In this document: positions 9,803-19,673 of the stretch, piece by piece | Position numbering within the stretch: position 1 is the first letter of the stretch | Layout: each line of letters opens with the position of its first letter | Source: Candidatus Bathyarchaeota archaeon | GTDB taxonomy: Archaea > Thermoproteota > Bathyarchaeia > Bathyarchaeales > Bathycorpusculaceae | DNA length: 64,000 nucleotides | Direction of reading: 5' to 3' | NCBI GenBank assembly: GCA_963775465.1 | Contig: CAVZIW010000006.1 | Location: 128,001 to 192,000 of the forward strand | The notes under the pieces: model-generated | Database searches by the model: none | Told to the model about the DNA's origin: nothing | The model's input: the letters and a program-made list of their open reading frames with translations, nothing else | Position numbers and translations under genes: made by a program

Positions 9803-11566
9803 ATGGATTATACCGTAATTGCTGATTCCTACGAAAGAATAGAAGCAACCACTAAACGTTTAGAAATGACTGATTTACTTGTGGAGCTCTTAAAAAAAAC
9901 CCCCCAAGACATCATAGCTAAGGTTGTGTATCTTACGCAGGGTAAGCTTTATCCTGATTTTGTCGGAGTTGAAATGGGTGTTGCGGAAAAACTTGCAATA
10001 AAAGCTCTTTCAAGAGCTGCTGGTCATAGTGAGAGTAAAATTCAAGCGGAACTGCAGAAAAGCGGTGACATCGGGGAAACTTCGCAGAAACTGTTAGCCA
10101 AACGCAAACAATCAACATTTTTCACTAAAACACTTACAGCGGAGAGGGTTTATGAGACATTGGATAAAATGGCGAAAACTTCTGGGTCAGGTGCAGTGGA
10201 TACCAAGATGGCGCTTATTTGTGGGCTTCTATCGGATGCGTCGCCTAAGGAAGCTAAATGGCTTATTCGCACTGTTACAGGCAATTTGCGCCTTGGAATT
10301 GCAGATATGACAGTTCTTGATGCATTAGCTATTGCTTATGGTGGGGGCAAAAAAACGCGTGAACTAATAGAGCGGGCCTACAACATTTCTTCTGATCTGG
10401 GTAGAGTTGCGAGTATAGTTGCTGAAAAAGGCATTGAGGGAATACAGAAGTTTCAGGTGGAGGTTTTTGAGCCTATACGTCCGATGCTTGCGGAACGTTT
10501 AGGTTCGCCTGAAGAGATTTTGGAGAAGTTTAATGGAAAATGTGTTGCGGAGTACAAGTATGATGGCGAACGTGTGCAGGCTCATAAAAAGGACAACAGG
10601 GTAGTGCTCTATTCTAGGCGATTGGAGAATATTTCTAGCCAGTATCCAGATGCAGTTGAATTGATTAAAACCCAAGTTGATGCTAAAGAAGCTATTTTGG
10701 AGGCTGAATGTGTTGCCATGGATTTTGAAACAGGTGATATGCGTCCTTTCCAAGAACTTATGCATCGACGACGAAAATATGGTGTAGAAGAAGCCATTGT
10801 GCAGTATCCTATTTCGCTATTTATGTTTGATGCACTCTATGTTGATGGTAAAGATTTTACCTTGGAGCCTTTTCCTCAGAGGCGTAAAATATTGGAGAAA
10901 ATCATAAAGCAAGGTGACCGTGTAAAACCTGCCACTCAAAGATTGGTAAGTGGTCTTAAGGAGCTTGAAGATTTCTTTGAGGAAGCTATCGAAGAAGGCT
11001 GTGAAGGACTTATGTGTAAATCAGCTGCTAAAGACTCTGTCTATCAAGCGGGTTCCAGAGGTTGGTTGTGGATAAAATACAAACGGGACTACAAGAGTGA
11101 GATGACTGATACGGTGGATTTGGTGGTAGTTGGCGCTTTTTATGGGAGAGGAAAAAGAGTTGGAACTTATGGTGCTCTGCTTTTGGCTACCTATAACAAG
11201 GAAAAGGAAACTTTTGAAACCGTAACTAAATGTGGCACAGGCTTCACTGATGAAGATTTGGCAAAGCTCCATGAAATGCTGCAAAAACATATTATTCCGC
11301 GGAAAAATAGCCGTGTTCAATCTACATTTGATGCAGATGTTTGGTTTGAACCTGCTTTGGTTTTGGAAATTTTGGGTGCAGAAGTCACGTTAAGCCCGAT
11401 TCATATGGCTGCTATGGATTCTATCCGTAAAGGTAGCGGTTTAGCAATACGTTTTCCAAGGTTTACGGGGAAATATCGCACAGACAAGGCTCCTGAAGAC
11501 GCAACAACATCCAAAGAAATCGTTGAAATGTATCGTGGACAACTCAAAAAGATCGGTGAATCGTAG
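9803..11566 (+). CDS. lig: ATP-dependent DNA ligase
   Basis: EYKYDGER, EGLMCK, WIKYKRDY, RFPRF...RTDK. Confidence 0.97.
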   Translation: MDYTVIADSYERIEATTKRLEMTDLLVELLKKTPQDIIAKVVYLTQGKLYPDFVGVEMGVAEKLAIKALSRAAGHSESKIQAELQKSGDIGETSQKLLAKRKQSTFFTKTLTAERVYETLDKMAKTSGSGAVDTKMALICGLLSDASPKEAKWLIRTVTGNLRLGIADMTVLDALAIAYGGGKKTRELIERAYNISSDLGRVASIVAEKGIEGIQKFQVEVFEPIRPMLAERLGSPEEILEKFNGKCVAEYKYDGERVQAHKKDNRVVLYSRRLENISSQYPDAVELIKTQVDAKEAILEAECVAMDFETGDMRPFQELMHRRRKYGVEEAIVQYPISLFMFDALYVDGKDFTLEPFPQRRKILEKIIKQGDRVKPATQRLVSGLKELEDFFEEAIEEGCEGLMCKSAAKDSVYQAGSRGWLWIKYKRDYKSEMTDTVDLVVVGAFYGRGKRVGTYGALLLATYNKEKETFETVTKCGTGFTDEDLAKLHEMLQKHIIPRKNSRVQSTFDADVWFEPALVLEILGAEVTLSPIHMAAMDSIRKGSGLAIRFPRFTGKYRTDKAPEDATTSKEIVEMYRGQLKKIGES

Positions 11567-11620
11567 TCTGGCAGAGAAAGCTAAAACTGATAAGCATCCT
11601 GAGTATTAGAGTAGTTCTGA

Positions 11621-12256
11621 GTGTTGGTTGGTTTGGCTCAAGATCCTGAAAAAATGAAATCCATGATTGCTTTTAAAAAACGCCTCGAAGAGCAACTTGA
11701 GAAGTTGAATGCTGAGACTGTAGAGGTTCAAGCTACCCTTGACACAGTTAACACGATTCTTCTGGAGAAAGGGTTCAAACGTGGCGATATTAAAGAATTG
11801 GCGGCAGCGTCTGCACCTCTCTCTAAGGAAGTTGTTTTGCCAAAACATGAACCTGAACCGCCTAAAGTTATTGTTGCCCCAGTAAAACAGTACATGTCTG
11901 AAACTGAAAGTGTCATACCCCTAAAAACAATGAATGATGAACCATTAGCATTGATGTATTTTGATACGCAGCATATCCATGTAATGCCTGATGAAAGCAA
12001 GAAATTTAGTGTTAATACGCCGCCTTTTGGGAATTTTCTTGTGGAGAAAGTCTTTTCAAAGATGCAGGAAAAAGATAAAGAGCTCGTGCGGTTGGGTCAA
12101 CTTAACTCGGCTGAAATGTTCTCTTACAGCATTGTTCGTGAAGGTGACTTGATTAGGGAAATTATCATTAAGAATGTTGATGAAGAACGGTTAAAGGAAC
12201 TTAAATCTAGCATTCGATGGACATTTGAAAAAATGCATGAAAAAATGAAAAGTTAA
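11621..12256 (+). CDS. Hypothetical protein with N-terminal coiled coil
   Basis: Long ORF directly after lig; heptad-rich N-terminus; start uncertain. Confidence 0.7.
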   Translation: MLVGLAQDPEKMKSMIAFKKRLEEQLEKLNAETVEVQATLDTVNTILLEKGFKRGDIKELAAASAPLSKEVVLPKHEPEPPKVIVAPVKQYMSETESVIPLKTMNDEPLALMYFDTQHIHVMPDESKKFSVNTPPFGNFLVEKVFSKMQEKDKELVRLGQLNSAEMFSYSIVREGDLIREIIIKNVDEERLKELKSSIRWTFEKMHEKMKS

Positions 12257-12580
12257 CTATTCATGTTTTTTTAGTGCGTCGCTAATTCTGTCTTTGGGGC
12301 ACAAACCAACGAGTCTTTCTGCTTCTACGCCATCTTTGAATATTATCATTGTTGGAATACTGAATACTTGATAGCGTTCGGCAGTTGCTGGGTTTTCGTC
12401 TACGTCTAATTTACCGACGAAGATTTTTCCATTGTATTCTGTTGCAAGTTCCTCGATGGTTGGCGCTAATGCTCTGCATGGACCACACCAGTTTGCCCAG
12501 AAGTCAATAAAAACTACTTTGTTGTTCTTGATTGTTTCGTCAAAATTTTGGTCGGTTACATGAAAAGGTTTGGTGCTCAT
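12257..12580 (-). CDS. trxA: Thioredoxin
   Basis: WCGPC active site; SIPT. Confidence 0.95.
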   Translation of the reverse strand: MSTKPFHVTDQNFDETIKNNKVVFIDFWANWCGPCRALAPTIEELATEYNGKIFVGKLDVDENPATAERYQVFSIPTMIIFKDGVEAERLVGLCPKDRISDALKKHE

Positions 12581-12683
12581 TTGCTAAGTCTCCAATTAAC
12601 ATATTATACGTGTAGGTTTGTTTGATATAAACAGTTCGCGAAGATAAAGCCTTGATTTTTCTTGGGTCAGGAGGATTAGCAAT

Positions 12684-13902
12684 TTAGAAGCTAACAAAAT
12701 TGTATTTAATAATTGATACTACTCCCCATAAATTGATCAGTATGCTGATAATTATTAAGCTCTTTTCGGACCAGCCCAATTTTTCCTGCATGCCTTTAGC
12801 TGTCAGGAGTAATAGAAATGGTGTGAAATCGAGGCTAAAGCGATAACCAAACTGTGTAAATCCTACTGTGCCATGGGTGATTAAAATTGGTAAGATACAG
12901 AGGACTGCTAAAGCTGCTTTTTTGCTCAGTGCTGTCCAGGGTCCTTTGAAGATGTAGATGAATGCGGGTGTGGTGAAGAAGAGTCCTAGTCCCATCCATG
13001 AAGGTTTGAAGTAGGGGAAAGTGTCGAGGAGTATTGGTCCTTGGAAGATTATTGCGTATATGTTGCGGGGGATGTAGCTGAGGTTGAAGATGCCCATTTG
13101 GAAGTAGGGGTCTTGTTGGATTCCTGGGATCATGTAGTAGCCTACATCGAAGAAGTTGCCGTATCGTGCAAAATTGTATAGGGCGTTTAGACCGATTGGT
13201 ATGGCTAAGCCCGCGAAGAAGAGAGCGGCTTGTTTTAGTTGAGGTTTCCAAGTACTGTTTTTGTCGTATAAGAGGAGCAGAAAAAACGGAAACGCCAAGA
13301 CCGTTGGTAGACGTGAAAGAGCTGAAAAACCTAGACAATAATCCTACTAAAAAATTGTTCTTCTTGTATAAGGCAAGGATGATGGCAGACGTTAAGAAAA
13401 GAATTGAGGATACATGTTCTATATACCATGAAGAACCCACGGCTGCTGTGAACCAAAAGCAGGTGCCGAATCCGAACAAAGCAACTAGCCATAAGAGTTT
13501 GCTGCCTTTTACTCCAGTTTTTTTAAGCATGAGCCACGTTAATGCGACACCCAGACTAGCGAGCCCTATTGACATCAGACTTTGGTCAAAGCTTGTTCCA
13601 AAAACTGCCACAAAGGGTACTAAGAGAACTGCTGGCATGGGTGGATAAACGACATAAAAATTGTTGTTATAGTTGACGATTTCGGCTAGTGCTGTCCCTT
13701 GTCCGGAAAGTCCCAACTTGCCATGAAGGAAAGCGTCAGCTAAATAGACAAAATGGTTCTGTCCAGGAGGTGAACCTTTGCTGAGGTAAAAAACCAGAAA
13801 CGCTACTAAGGCAATTATTATGAATTTACGGAAAGTGCTTAAAGATGAGATCTTGTCGAACACTTTTTGTATTCTTTGGTTGGGCCAAATCATACTGGTC
13901 AT
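12684..13902 (-). pseudogene. Multi-pass membrane protein (GT-C glycosyltransferase-like) split by a 1-nt insertion near 13335
   Basis: GTA GGA TTA TTG T CTA GGT TTT: removing one base joins the ORFs into ...VGLLLGFSALSRLPTVLAFPFF...; YYPP-like (VYPPMPA) and FGYRFSLD motifs. Confidence 0.7.
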
Positions 13903-14133
13903 TCAAGTTTGGAGGAAATAGCTAATAGTTTTTTTGTTCCAAATTCTTGTTATATCTGGAGGAATACGATTAGTTTTGTAGCCTAAGAGTTTAATTGCCT
14001 TACTTAGTATTTTCAGGTTTACGAGCTTTGTGTATTTGGACATAGTTTTAAGGATTTTGTTCTTACAACCTAATCTGTAACACAAAGAACATAAACCTCC
14101 GATCATTTGATTTACAGAGACAGGTTCCTTAGT

Positions 14134-15102
14134 ATGAATAGAAAGGAACTATACAAAATTTTTAAGACTTCATTCTACGCTTGGATAAAAGATAACGCCA
14201 CGCTAAGAGCTGCCGCGCTAACATTTTTTATAATTTTGCCATTGCCGACTTTATTGTTAATTGTGATAGCTATTTTTTCTCAGTTTTATGGACCCGCTCA
14301 GGCAATTAATTTGTTAATTCAACAAATATCTTCTTTTGCTGGGCCGGCTGTTGCAACCTTGTTTAGTGAACTTGTGGCTAATACGGGGTCTCCTTTTGGT
14401 TCGGTTTGGACAACGATTGTTGTTGTCGGTTTTTCTTTTGTTGGAGCAATTGGTGCATTCTCGGTCTTGAGGGACACAATAAATTGTATATGGGAAGTTA
14501 AATTGCCAAACAAGCTTCCTTTCTGGAAGATGATACGGCAAAAAATTGTGCCTTTTTTTCTTTTGTCTGCCTCGGGTTTAATTGTTATTGTTTGGTCAGC
14601 GATTGCTGGTAGTTTGCTTAGTTTAATTCGTTTTTTCTCAATAAATGATGCTCTAACTGCTTTTGCTTTAGCGGTTACTCAGGTTCTTTTGTCTTTTACT
14701 GTTTCGGCGATTTTGTTGGCTCTTATCTATAAATTGATTCCTGAAGCAAAAGTTCACTGGAGGGACATATCTTTAAGCGTCGTGGTAATAGGCATCGCTT
14801 TTACTATAACTAACTATGTTTTCGGAACATACATCACCGTGTTCACTATAACTACTGTTGTTGGTGCAGCAGGTTCACTGTTAATTATTCTGCTTTGGAT
14901 TTTTATTTTAAACGAAATGGTTCTTTTTGGAGCAGAGCTGTCTAAAATTTATGCAGAAACAATTGGATCTCATGCAAAAGAGCATTTACCTTCATCACTG
15001 GACAAAATTGTGGATCCCATCGAGAGGGTTGGAAGGAAAATAGAGCAAGCAACAAAAGACGAATACGAAACAGATCTGAAAGAGGAAGAATATGAGGATT
15101 AG
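14134..15102 (+). CDS. YihY/BrkB family membrane protein
   Basis: AAALTFF...LP, INCIW, IYKLIP, LFGAEL motifs; ATG at 14134 preferred over TTG at 14107. Confidence 0.88.
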   Translation: MNRKELYKIFKTSFYAWIKDNATLRAAALTFFIILPLPTLLLIVIAIFSQFYGPAQAINLLIQQISSFAGPAVATLFSELVANTGSPFGSVWTTIVVVGFSFVGAIGAFSVLRDTINCIWEVKLPNKLPFWKMIRQKIVPFFLLSASGLIVIVWSAIAGSLLSLIRFFSINDALTAFALAVTQVLLSFTVSAILLALIYKLIPEAKVHWRDISLSVVVIGIAFTITNYVFGTYITVFTITTVVGAAGSLLIILLWIFILNEMVLFGAELSKIYAETIGSHAKEHLPSSLDKIVDPIERVGRKIEQATKDEYETDLKEEEYED

Positions 15103-15104
15103 GA

Positions 15105-15182
15105 TGGTGGGCCGAGGCGGATTTGAACTGCCGACCTTTCGATTATCAGTCGAACGCTCCAGCCGTGCTGAGCTACCGGCCC
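15105..15182 (-). tRNA. tRNA-Ile(GAU)
   Basis: Cloverleaf; TTCGA-CT GAT AA-TCGAA; TTCAAAT T-loop; encoded CCA. Confidence 0.95.
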
Positions 15183-15282
15183 ATATTTGAGGTGACACCA
15201 TTCTAATATTATGTGGGTTTATAAGAATTGCCATAAATCTTTTAATGCAACTCCATTATTGAGTTGCTAGATTTAGGGTTGG

Positions 15283-15565
15283 TTACAGGGTTTTTGCGAA
15301 TTCACTCAATGGTTTAACTGGCTTGACTTCAACTGTCATTGATCAAAGAATTTCTTTATTGCTTCTGGGTTTTGGATATCTGTAGTGAAGAAATCATTGG
15401 TCCACTGGCGCGTCTTGCGGGCAGCTGATGTAGGCGGATTTTAGGTTCATTCCAGCTTTTTTCATATTCTGTTTGAAGAAAAGTTGCTTAAGCATTGTTT
15501 TTCTCTCTGAACTTAATAAAGAGACATTTAGCAGCTGGATGGGAATAACTTGTTTTATACAGCAA
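15283..15565 (-). pseudogene. Decayed small gene (about 95 codons, several frameshifts)
   Basis: Protein-like pieces in successive frames: LLYKTSYSHPAAKC / MLKQLFFKQNMKKAGMNLKSAYISCP / FFTTDIQNPEAIKKFFD / MTVEVKPVKPLSEFAKTL*. Confidence 0.4.
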
Positions 15566-16168
15566 GCAATTCCTCTCCATTTTATTGAATGAAAAATATT
15601 CTTGTATCTGTAAGATGCTGACGAATTTGAACTTATTTTAGAAAGAAGAAGGTCATGGCATGTACTCTTCTTCTACCCATTATATGATAGCTTGTGTTTA
15701 GAATCAACTTTAAGTGCGAAAGAAGAAACCTCGTTTACTGCACAGGGAATTTTTCCTTCTTCTACAATTTGTTCTCGAGTTCCCGACTAAACCGCCTTTC
15801 AAGGGTGTCAGTTTATCGGTAGCATTAACTGCTGAACGGGATGGAAGAGTAACATGCAAGGTTTTGGGGAGGCTGTTGTGTGTTTAGTTTAGTAGTAGTC
15901 GTCTGCTGAATTTGCTGGACGACTACTTCTAACGAATAAAAGATGACTGGGCGGTTTATTCTCTTCTAATATTAAAACAGCGTTTCTGGGTCGATAATTG
16001 GAAGAAGAAAAAACAGGTTTTTTTAGTGGAGAATCGATTTTTTCTTCTTCTCTGAACGAAGAACAAAGCATAAGCATTATGGTTGTTGTGTTCTTCTTTA
16101 GGCTAATTGAGTGACAGACAATAACATCTTCCATTTCATCATACTCAAAAAAGCTCAGACTTACCTAA

Positions 16169-16278
16169 TGGGAACCAATCGAAACTGTGAAACTGATCCT
16201 GACCACAGTGAAAAGATAAGCCGGTGCGGTGCCGAAGGTTATCAGGAATCCAATACAACAGAACGACGGGTAGGCCCA
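16169..16278 (+). ncRNA. Candidate structured RNA of unknown family upstream of tRNA-Arg
   Basis: Closing stem TGGG..ACC..TCG / CGA..GGT..CCCA; ACTGTG/CACAGT; GATAA/TTATC; loop GATCCTGA complementary to TCAGGAATC. Confidence 0.35.
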
Positions 16279-16407
16279 CTGCTTAAGGAAGGGAAAAACG
16301 TTTGCTAAGCAACGGAATAGAATGTAACTATTCCAGCCAAAAAACTAAAGTAATCCATCACCAGCAAATACTAAAATGTAAGTATTCCATCCAGAAAGCA
16401 TGGAAAA

Positions 16408-16486
16408 GGGTTCGTAGCCTAGCACGGATTAAGGTGTCGGCCTTCGGAGCCGGAGATCGTGGGTTCAAATCCCACCGGACCCGCCA
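16408..16486 (+). tRNA. tRNA-Arg(UCG)
   Basis: TCGGC-CT TCG GA-GCCGG; GTTCAAATC; encoded CCA. Confidence 0.95.
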
Positions 16487-17043
16487 ATCCAGAGGCGGAT
16501 TTACACTGAAGCCTCATGTCGAATTAACTGTTTTAGTTGACTGCTGAGAACTGACAGTTGGTGGTTTTCGAGTCTTCTTGTTTTTACAAGCGATTGCTTC
16601 ATCGATTAAGATGTCTCTGGTTAGTTGTTGTTTTGGGTTCTTCCCAAAGTACGTATTATTTCTTTGGGTGCTCATTCCTCTTACTACAGGCGGGTAAATT
16701 AGACTTGGAAATTACGAAATTAACCTGCCCGTAACGTATACTCTTCTGCCAAAGGAATCAGAAGTATTCGAAAACCAGACGATTAGTGGCACTTTTGAAA
16801 TTGGGGTAAGCTATTTAGCGAAATATGATTTTTCCTTTGCTGACAGAAGTGTTTTTTCCGCAACTACCTCGGTAACGTTTAAAGACAATACAAAGTAAGC
16901 CGCATTCTGCTGAGATGTTAACAGTTCTTACCACAGTAAACCCTCATATTGGTAATTGATTTATGGAATTCATTTCTAAAGTGACCTTAAAAGCAAGTGG
17001 GAAAGTCCAAGCTGATAGTGGAATAATAGAAGCATACGCGATT

Positions 17044-17409
17044 TTATTTTACGGTTATAGGTTCTGCTATTATTCCTGTTTCGGTTTCTGGCGCTAATTT
17101 TTGTTTAATCATGATTAGTGCGTTTTCAGCGAAGTTTAGGACGTCTTCTCCTCGTCTGGTTAGATTGTACACTTTCTTGGGTCTTTCACAATCCATATTC
17201 CATGCACTTTCAATGTAGCCTTTTTTCTCAAGCAAGCCAAGCAGGGGATATATCGTGCTTGGCCCAAAGTATACTCCGAATCCTTTGCGTATTTTTGTGA
17301 TTAGCTGGTAGCCGTGCATACTTTCTTGCTGCAAATATTCCAGAATTATAGTGTCCAAAAGACCTTTCGTGAGTTTTGTTTGGACTTCTTTTTGATATTT
17401 TGTGTTCAT
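17044..17409 (-). CDS. PadR family transcriptional regulator
   Basis: MHGYQL, GPSTIYPLL..LEKKG, RPKKVYNLT. Confidence 0.92.
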   Translation of the reverse strand: MNTKYQKEVQTKLTKGLLDTIILEYLQQESMHGYQLITKIRKGFGVYFGPSTIYPLLGLLEKKGYIESAWNMDCERPKKVYNLTRRGEDVLNFAENALIMIKQKLAPETETGIIAEPITVK

Positions 17410-17982
17410 TCTCCATCTTCTCCATGTTGTATTATGTCTTCTTTATCGTTATACGCGAAGATAAAGCCTTGTACATAACCAAAGCATATCAAAAACCAAC
17501 CTGCACAACACAACTACAGATCAATACATGAAATATAGCGCCAAAACCAATATTTCAAATCTCAGAGTATGACGAAAACAAACTGTACAGCACATAAACA
17601 CAAACTCGACTTACCAGTCTCCAACACAAAAAAATCTTTCTTTGGCAACATCATCTACTTTGCAACATAGACTCACAGATGTGGACCATAAAGAAAACAC
17701 GTACAAATCTGAAATTAAAAGTGGAGGTTTAAACGACATTTACATACAGGCAGGGAGAGATTGCTAAAACTATCCAGATAGTGGTTTGGTTTGTCCAGTT
17801 TTCTCTTTTCTTCCAAGCCATCGTATTAGTTCATCTGCTAAAAATAAATTAACTTTTTCCTTCAGATGCAATTAAAGAATTACTGACAAAAATAGACCTG
17901 TGACTTCGACTGTGTACATGTGGATTTTGTGTTCTAATTTTCTTGGTTATTGATATTGAAAACAGAAAAAGAAAAAAAGATG

Positions 17983-18933
17983 TTAATCTAAGTTATCTGA
18001 CCAAGAGATAAGTTCAATCAAATGTGAAGGCACAGCATCCAAAATTGGTTGATCTAAGTGTCCGCCTATTGGCACAATGTATTGTCTGTAGAGGTCTGCG
18101 TGTCCTGAGTTTATAACTGCTGCTTGATACTCAAGGTGTACTGGTACTGGGACGATGGGATCAGCTCCGCCAATAACGCTTATCACTGGGATGCTTATGT
18201 CAGCGTGGAGTGTTGTGTCATGTTTTTCATAAGTGTTAGGTTTGTTTTCTCTTGTTTTGCCATTGTTGGCATCTGTTAGGTCCGCCATTACCTGCGTGAA
18301 GAATACCTTAAGACCAGCTATGTCGTCATCTGAAACGGATGATGGTATTGAAAATATTGCTCTCAATATCGGTACCGGAAGTGTGACCCATAAGTTAGCA
18401 AGGTTATATTGAGTTAAACTCCCTTTGCTTCCGCAGACATCCAGCACACCGCTATACAGCATAGGGTATTCTACAGCTAGGTTAAGTGCAATCTGCCCTC
18501 CCATAGAAAAGCCAACAAGGAATATTTTGTCAGTTACTTGGTATTTGTCAACAACATACATCGTTAACTGGTGGGTGCGGATTATTCCTTCTTTAACTAG
18601 CCATGCACGCTCGCCTCCATTGTAATTACATGCAGCAAAAGCATATCCTGCAGACACAAGTCCCTTAGCAAGTAGGTCAAAGCCAAATTCAGGATGGGGG
18701 TCTTGGAAATAGTTGTAGCCCGTGCATCCAACAATAAAGCGTCCATTCCAAGCTTCCGGCATGTAAATTACGTAGTCTGCGCCTCCAAGGTTTCCTGTTG
18801 TTTGAGTGAAAGGCATCCCATTGTAATTATCGTAGATTGTGTTGGTGGATTTTGCTGAGGATGGACTGAAAAGCATTGATGACATTAACAAGCTTATCGC
18901 TATTAATATGATTGAAATTGTAATCTTCTTCAT
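17983..18933 (-). CDS. Secreted alpha/beta hydrolase
   Basis: Signal peptide; GFSMGG nucleophile, DPIVP, GGH; GGAGGTGA SD. Confidence 0.85.
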   Translation of the reverse strand: MKKITISIILIAISLLMSSMLFSPSSAKSTNTIYDNYNGMPFTQTTGNLGGADYVIYMPEAWNGRFIVGCTGYNYFQDPHPEFGFDLLAKGLVSAGYAFAACNYNGGERAWLVKEGIIRTHQLTMYVVDKYQVTDKIFLVGFSMGGQIALNLAVEYPMLYSGVLDVCGSKGSLTQYNLANLWVTLPVPILRAIFSIPSSVSDDDIAGLKVFFTQVMADLTDANNGKTRENKPNTYEKHDTTLHADISIPVISVIGGADPIVPVPVHLEYQAAVINSGHADLYRQYIVPIGGHLDQPILDAVPSHLIELISWSDNLD

Positions 18934-18978
18934 TTTTTCACCTCCTCAATCTTTTATCCATAAAAAGAAAAAAGCGAT

Positions 18979-19464
18979 TTAGTTGCCAATCATGACAAAT
19001 CTAATGTACAAGCCATTTGGATACATGTTCGAATAGTAATTTGCAATGTTTATCACGTTTGGATTTTGTTGCATTGCGAAGCCGTTGAATAAGAAGTTCC
19101 AATAGCTATCATGTGACAAGAAAATCCATTTGTTTTCTGCCCCAAAGAAGGCGTACATATCAACAACACCGGGATCAGAAGGGCTTGGCGAAGTAGCCAT
19201 GTGTATTATCATTTCAATGGCATTTCCAATATGGAAGTCATCTGCATTCTTATGTTGGTACAAGATTGTTGTGCCGAAGCTTGGTGAGGGTACCCATTCA
19301 GTAAATTGCCCACTGGGAAGCATGAATTGCACCCAACCCAAATCAAAAGCATTATCAACATTGAGGTTTTTAACAGCATTCTGAGGTCCAATAGCCATAG
19401 ATGGGGAAGCTAACATTGCTATTGCTAAAACCGATACAATAATTCCTAAAATTCCCTTATTCAT
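18979..19464 (-). CDS. Secreted hypothetical protein
   Basis: ATG at 19464 after a GGAGG SD; signal peptide MNKGILGIIVSVLAIAMLASPSMA. Confidence 0.75.
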   Translation of the reverse strand: MNKGILGIIVSVLAIAMLASPSMAIGPQNAVKNLNVDNAFDLGWVQFMLPSGQFTEWVPSPSFGTTILYQHKNADDFHIGNAIEMIIHMATSPSPSDPGVVDMYAFFGAENKWIFLSHDSYWNFLFNGFAMQQNPNVINIANYYSNMYPNGLYIRFVMIGN

Positions 19465-19673
19465 TCTTTCAATTCCTCCTTTATTGAAACATGTTAAATG
19501 TGGAAAAATACGTAACTTTTTTTCCACTGAAAAAAACAGAGATAACTTCTTTAAAAGGAATTAAGAGCAAAATAAAAGCCTATTATCGAGTTGTGAGCCA
19601 TTAATATTGGCTAAAAACATAAATAAGTGTAAATAGACCATTAATTTTTATTTGAGCTTTAAATCAGTCTTAT

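Noticed and set aside
14995-15234. ORFs overlapping tRNAs (also 16302-16547 and 62102-62407)
   Set aside because: Chance frames through tRNA genes
16169-16278. RNase P RNA, or a TPP, SAM-I or cobalamin riboswitch
   Set aside because: Only fragments resemble them (ACAGAA, GAAACTGATC, GATAA/TTATC); CR-I GAGGAAAGUC and the riboswitch cores are missing
16514-16675. 53-aa minus-strand ORF MSTQRNNTYF...
   Set aside because: No recognisable motif; overlaps a competing plus-strand remnant
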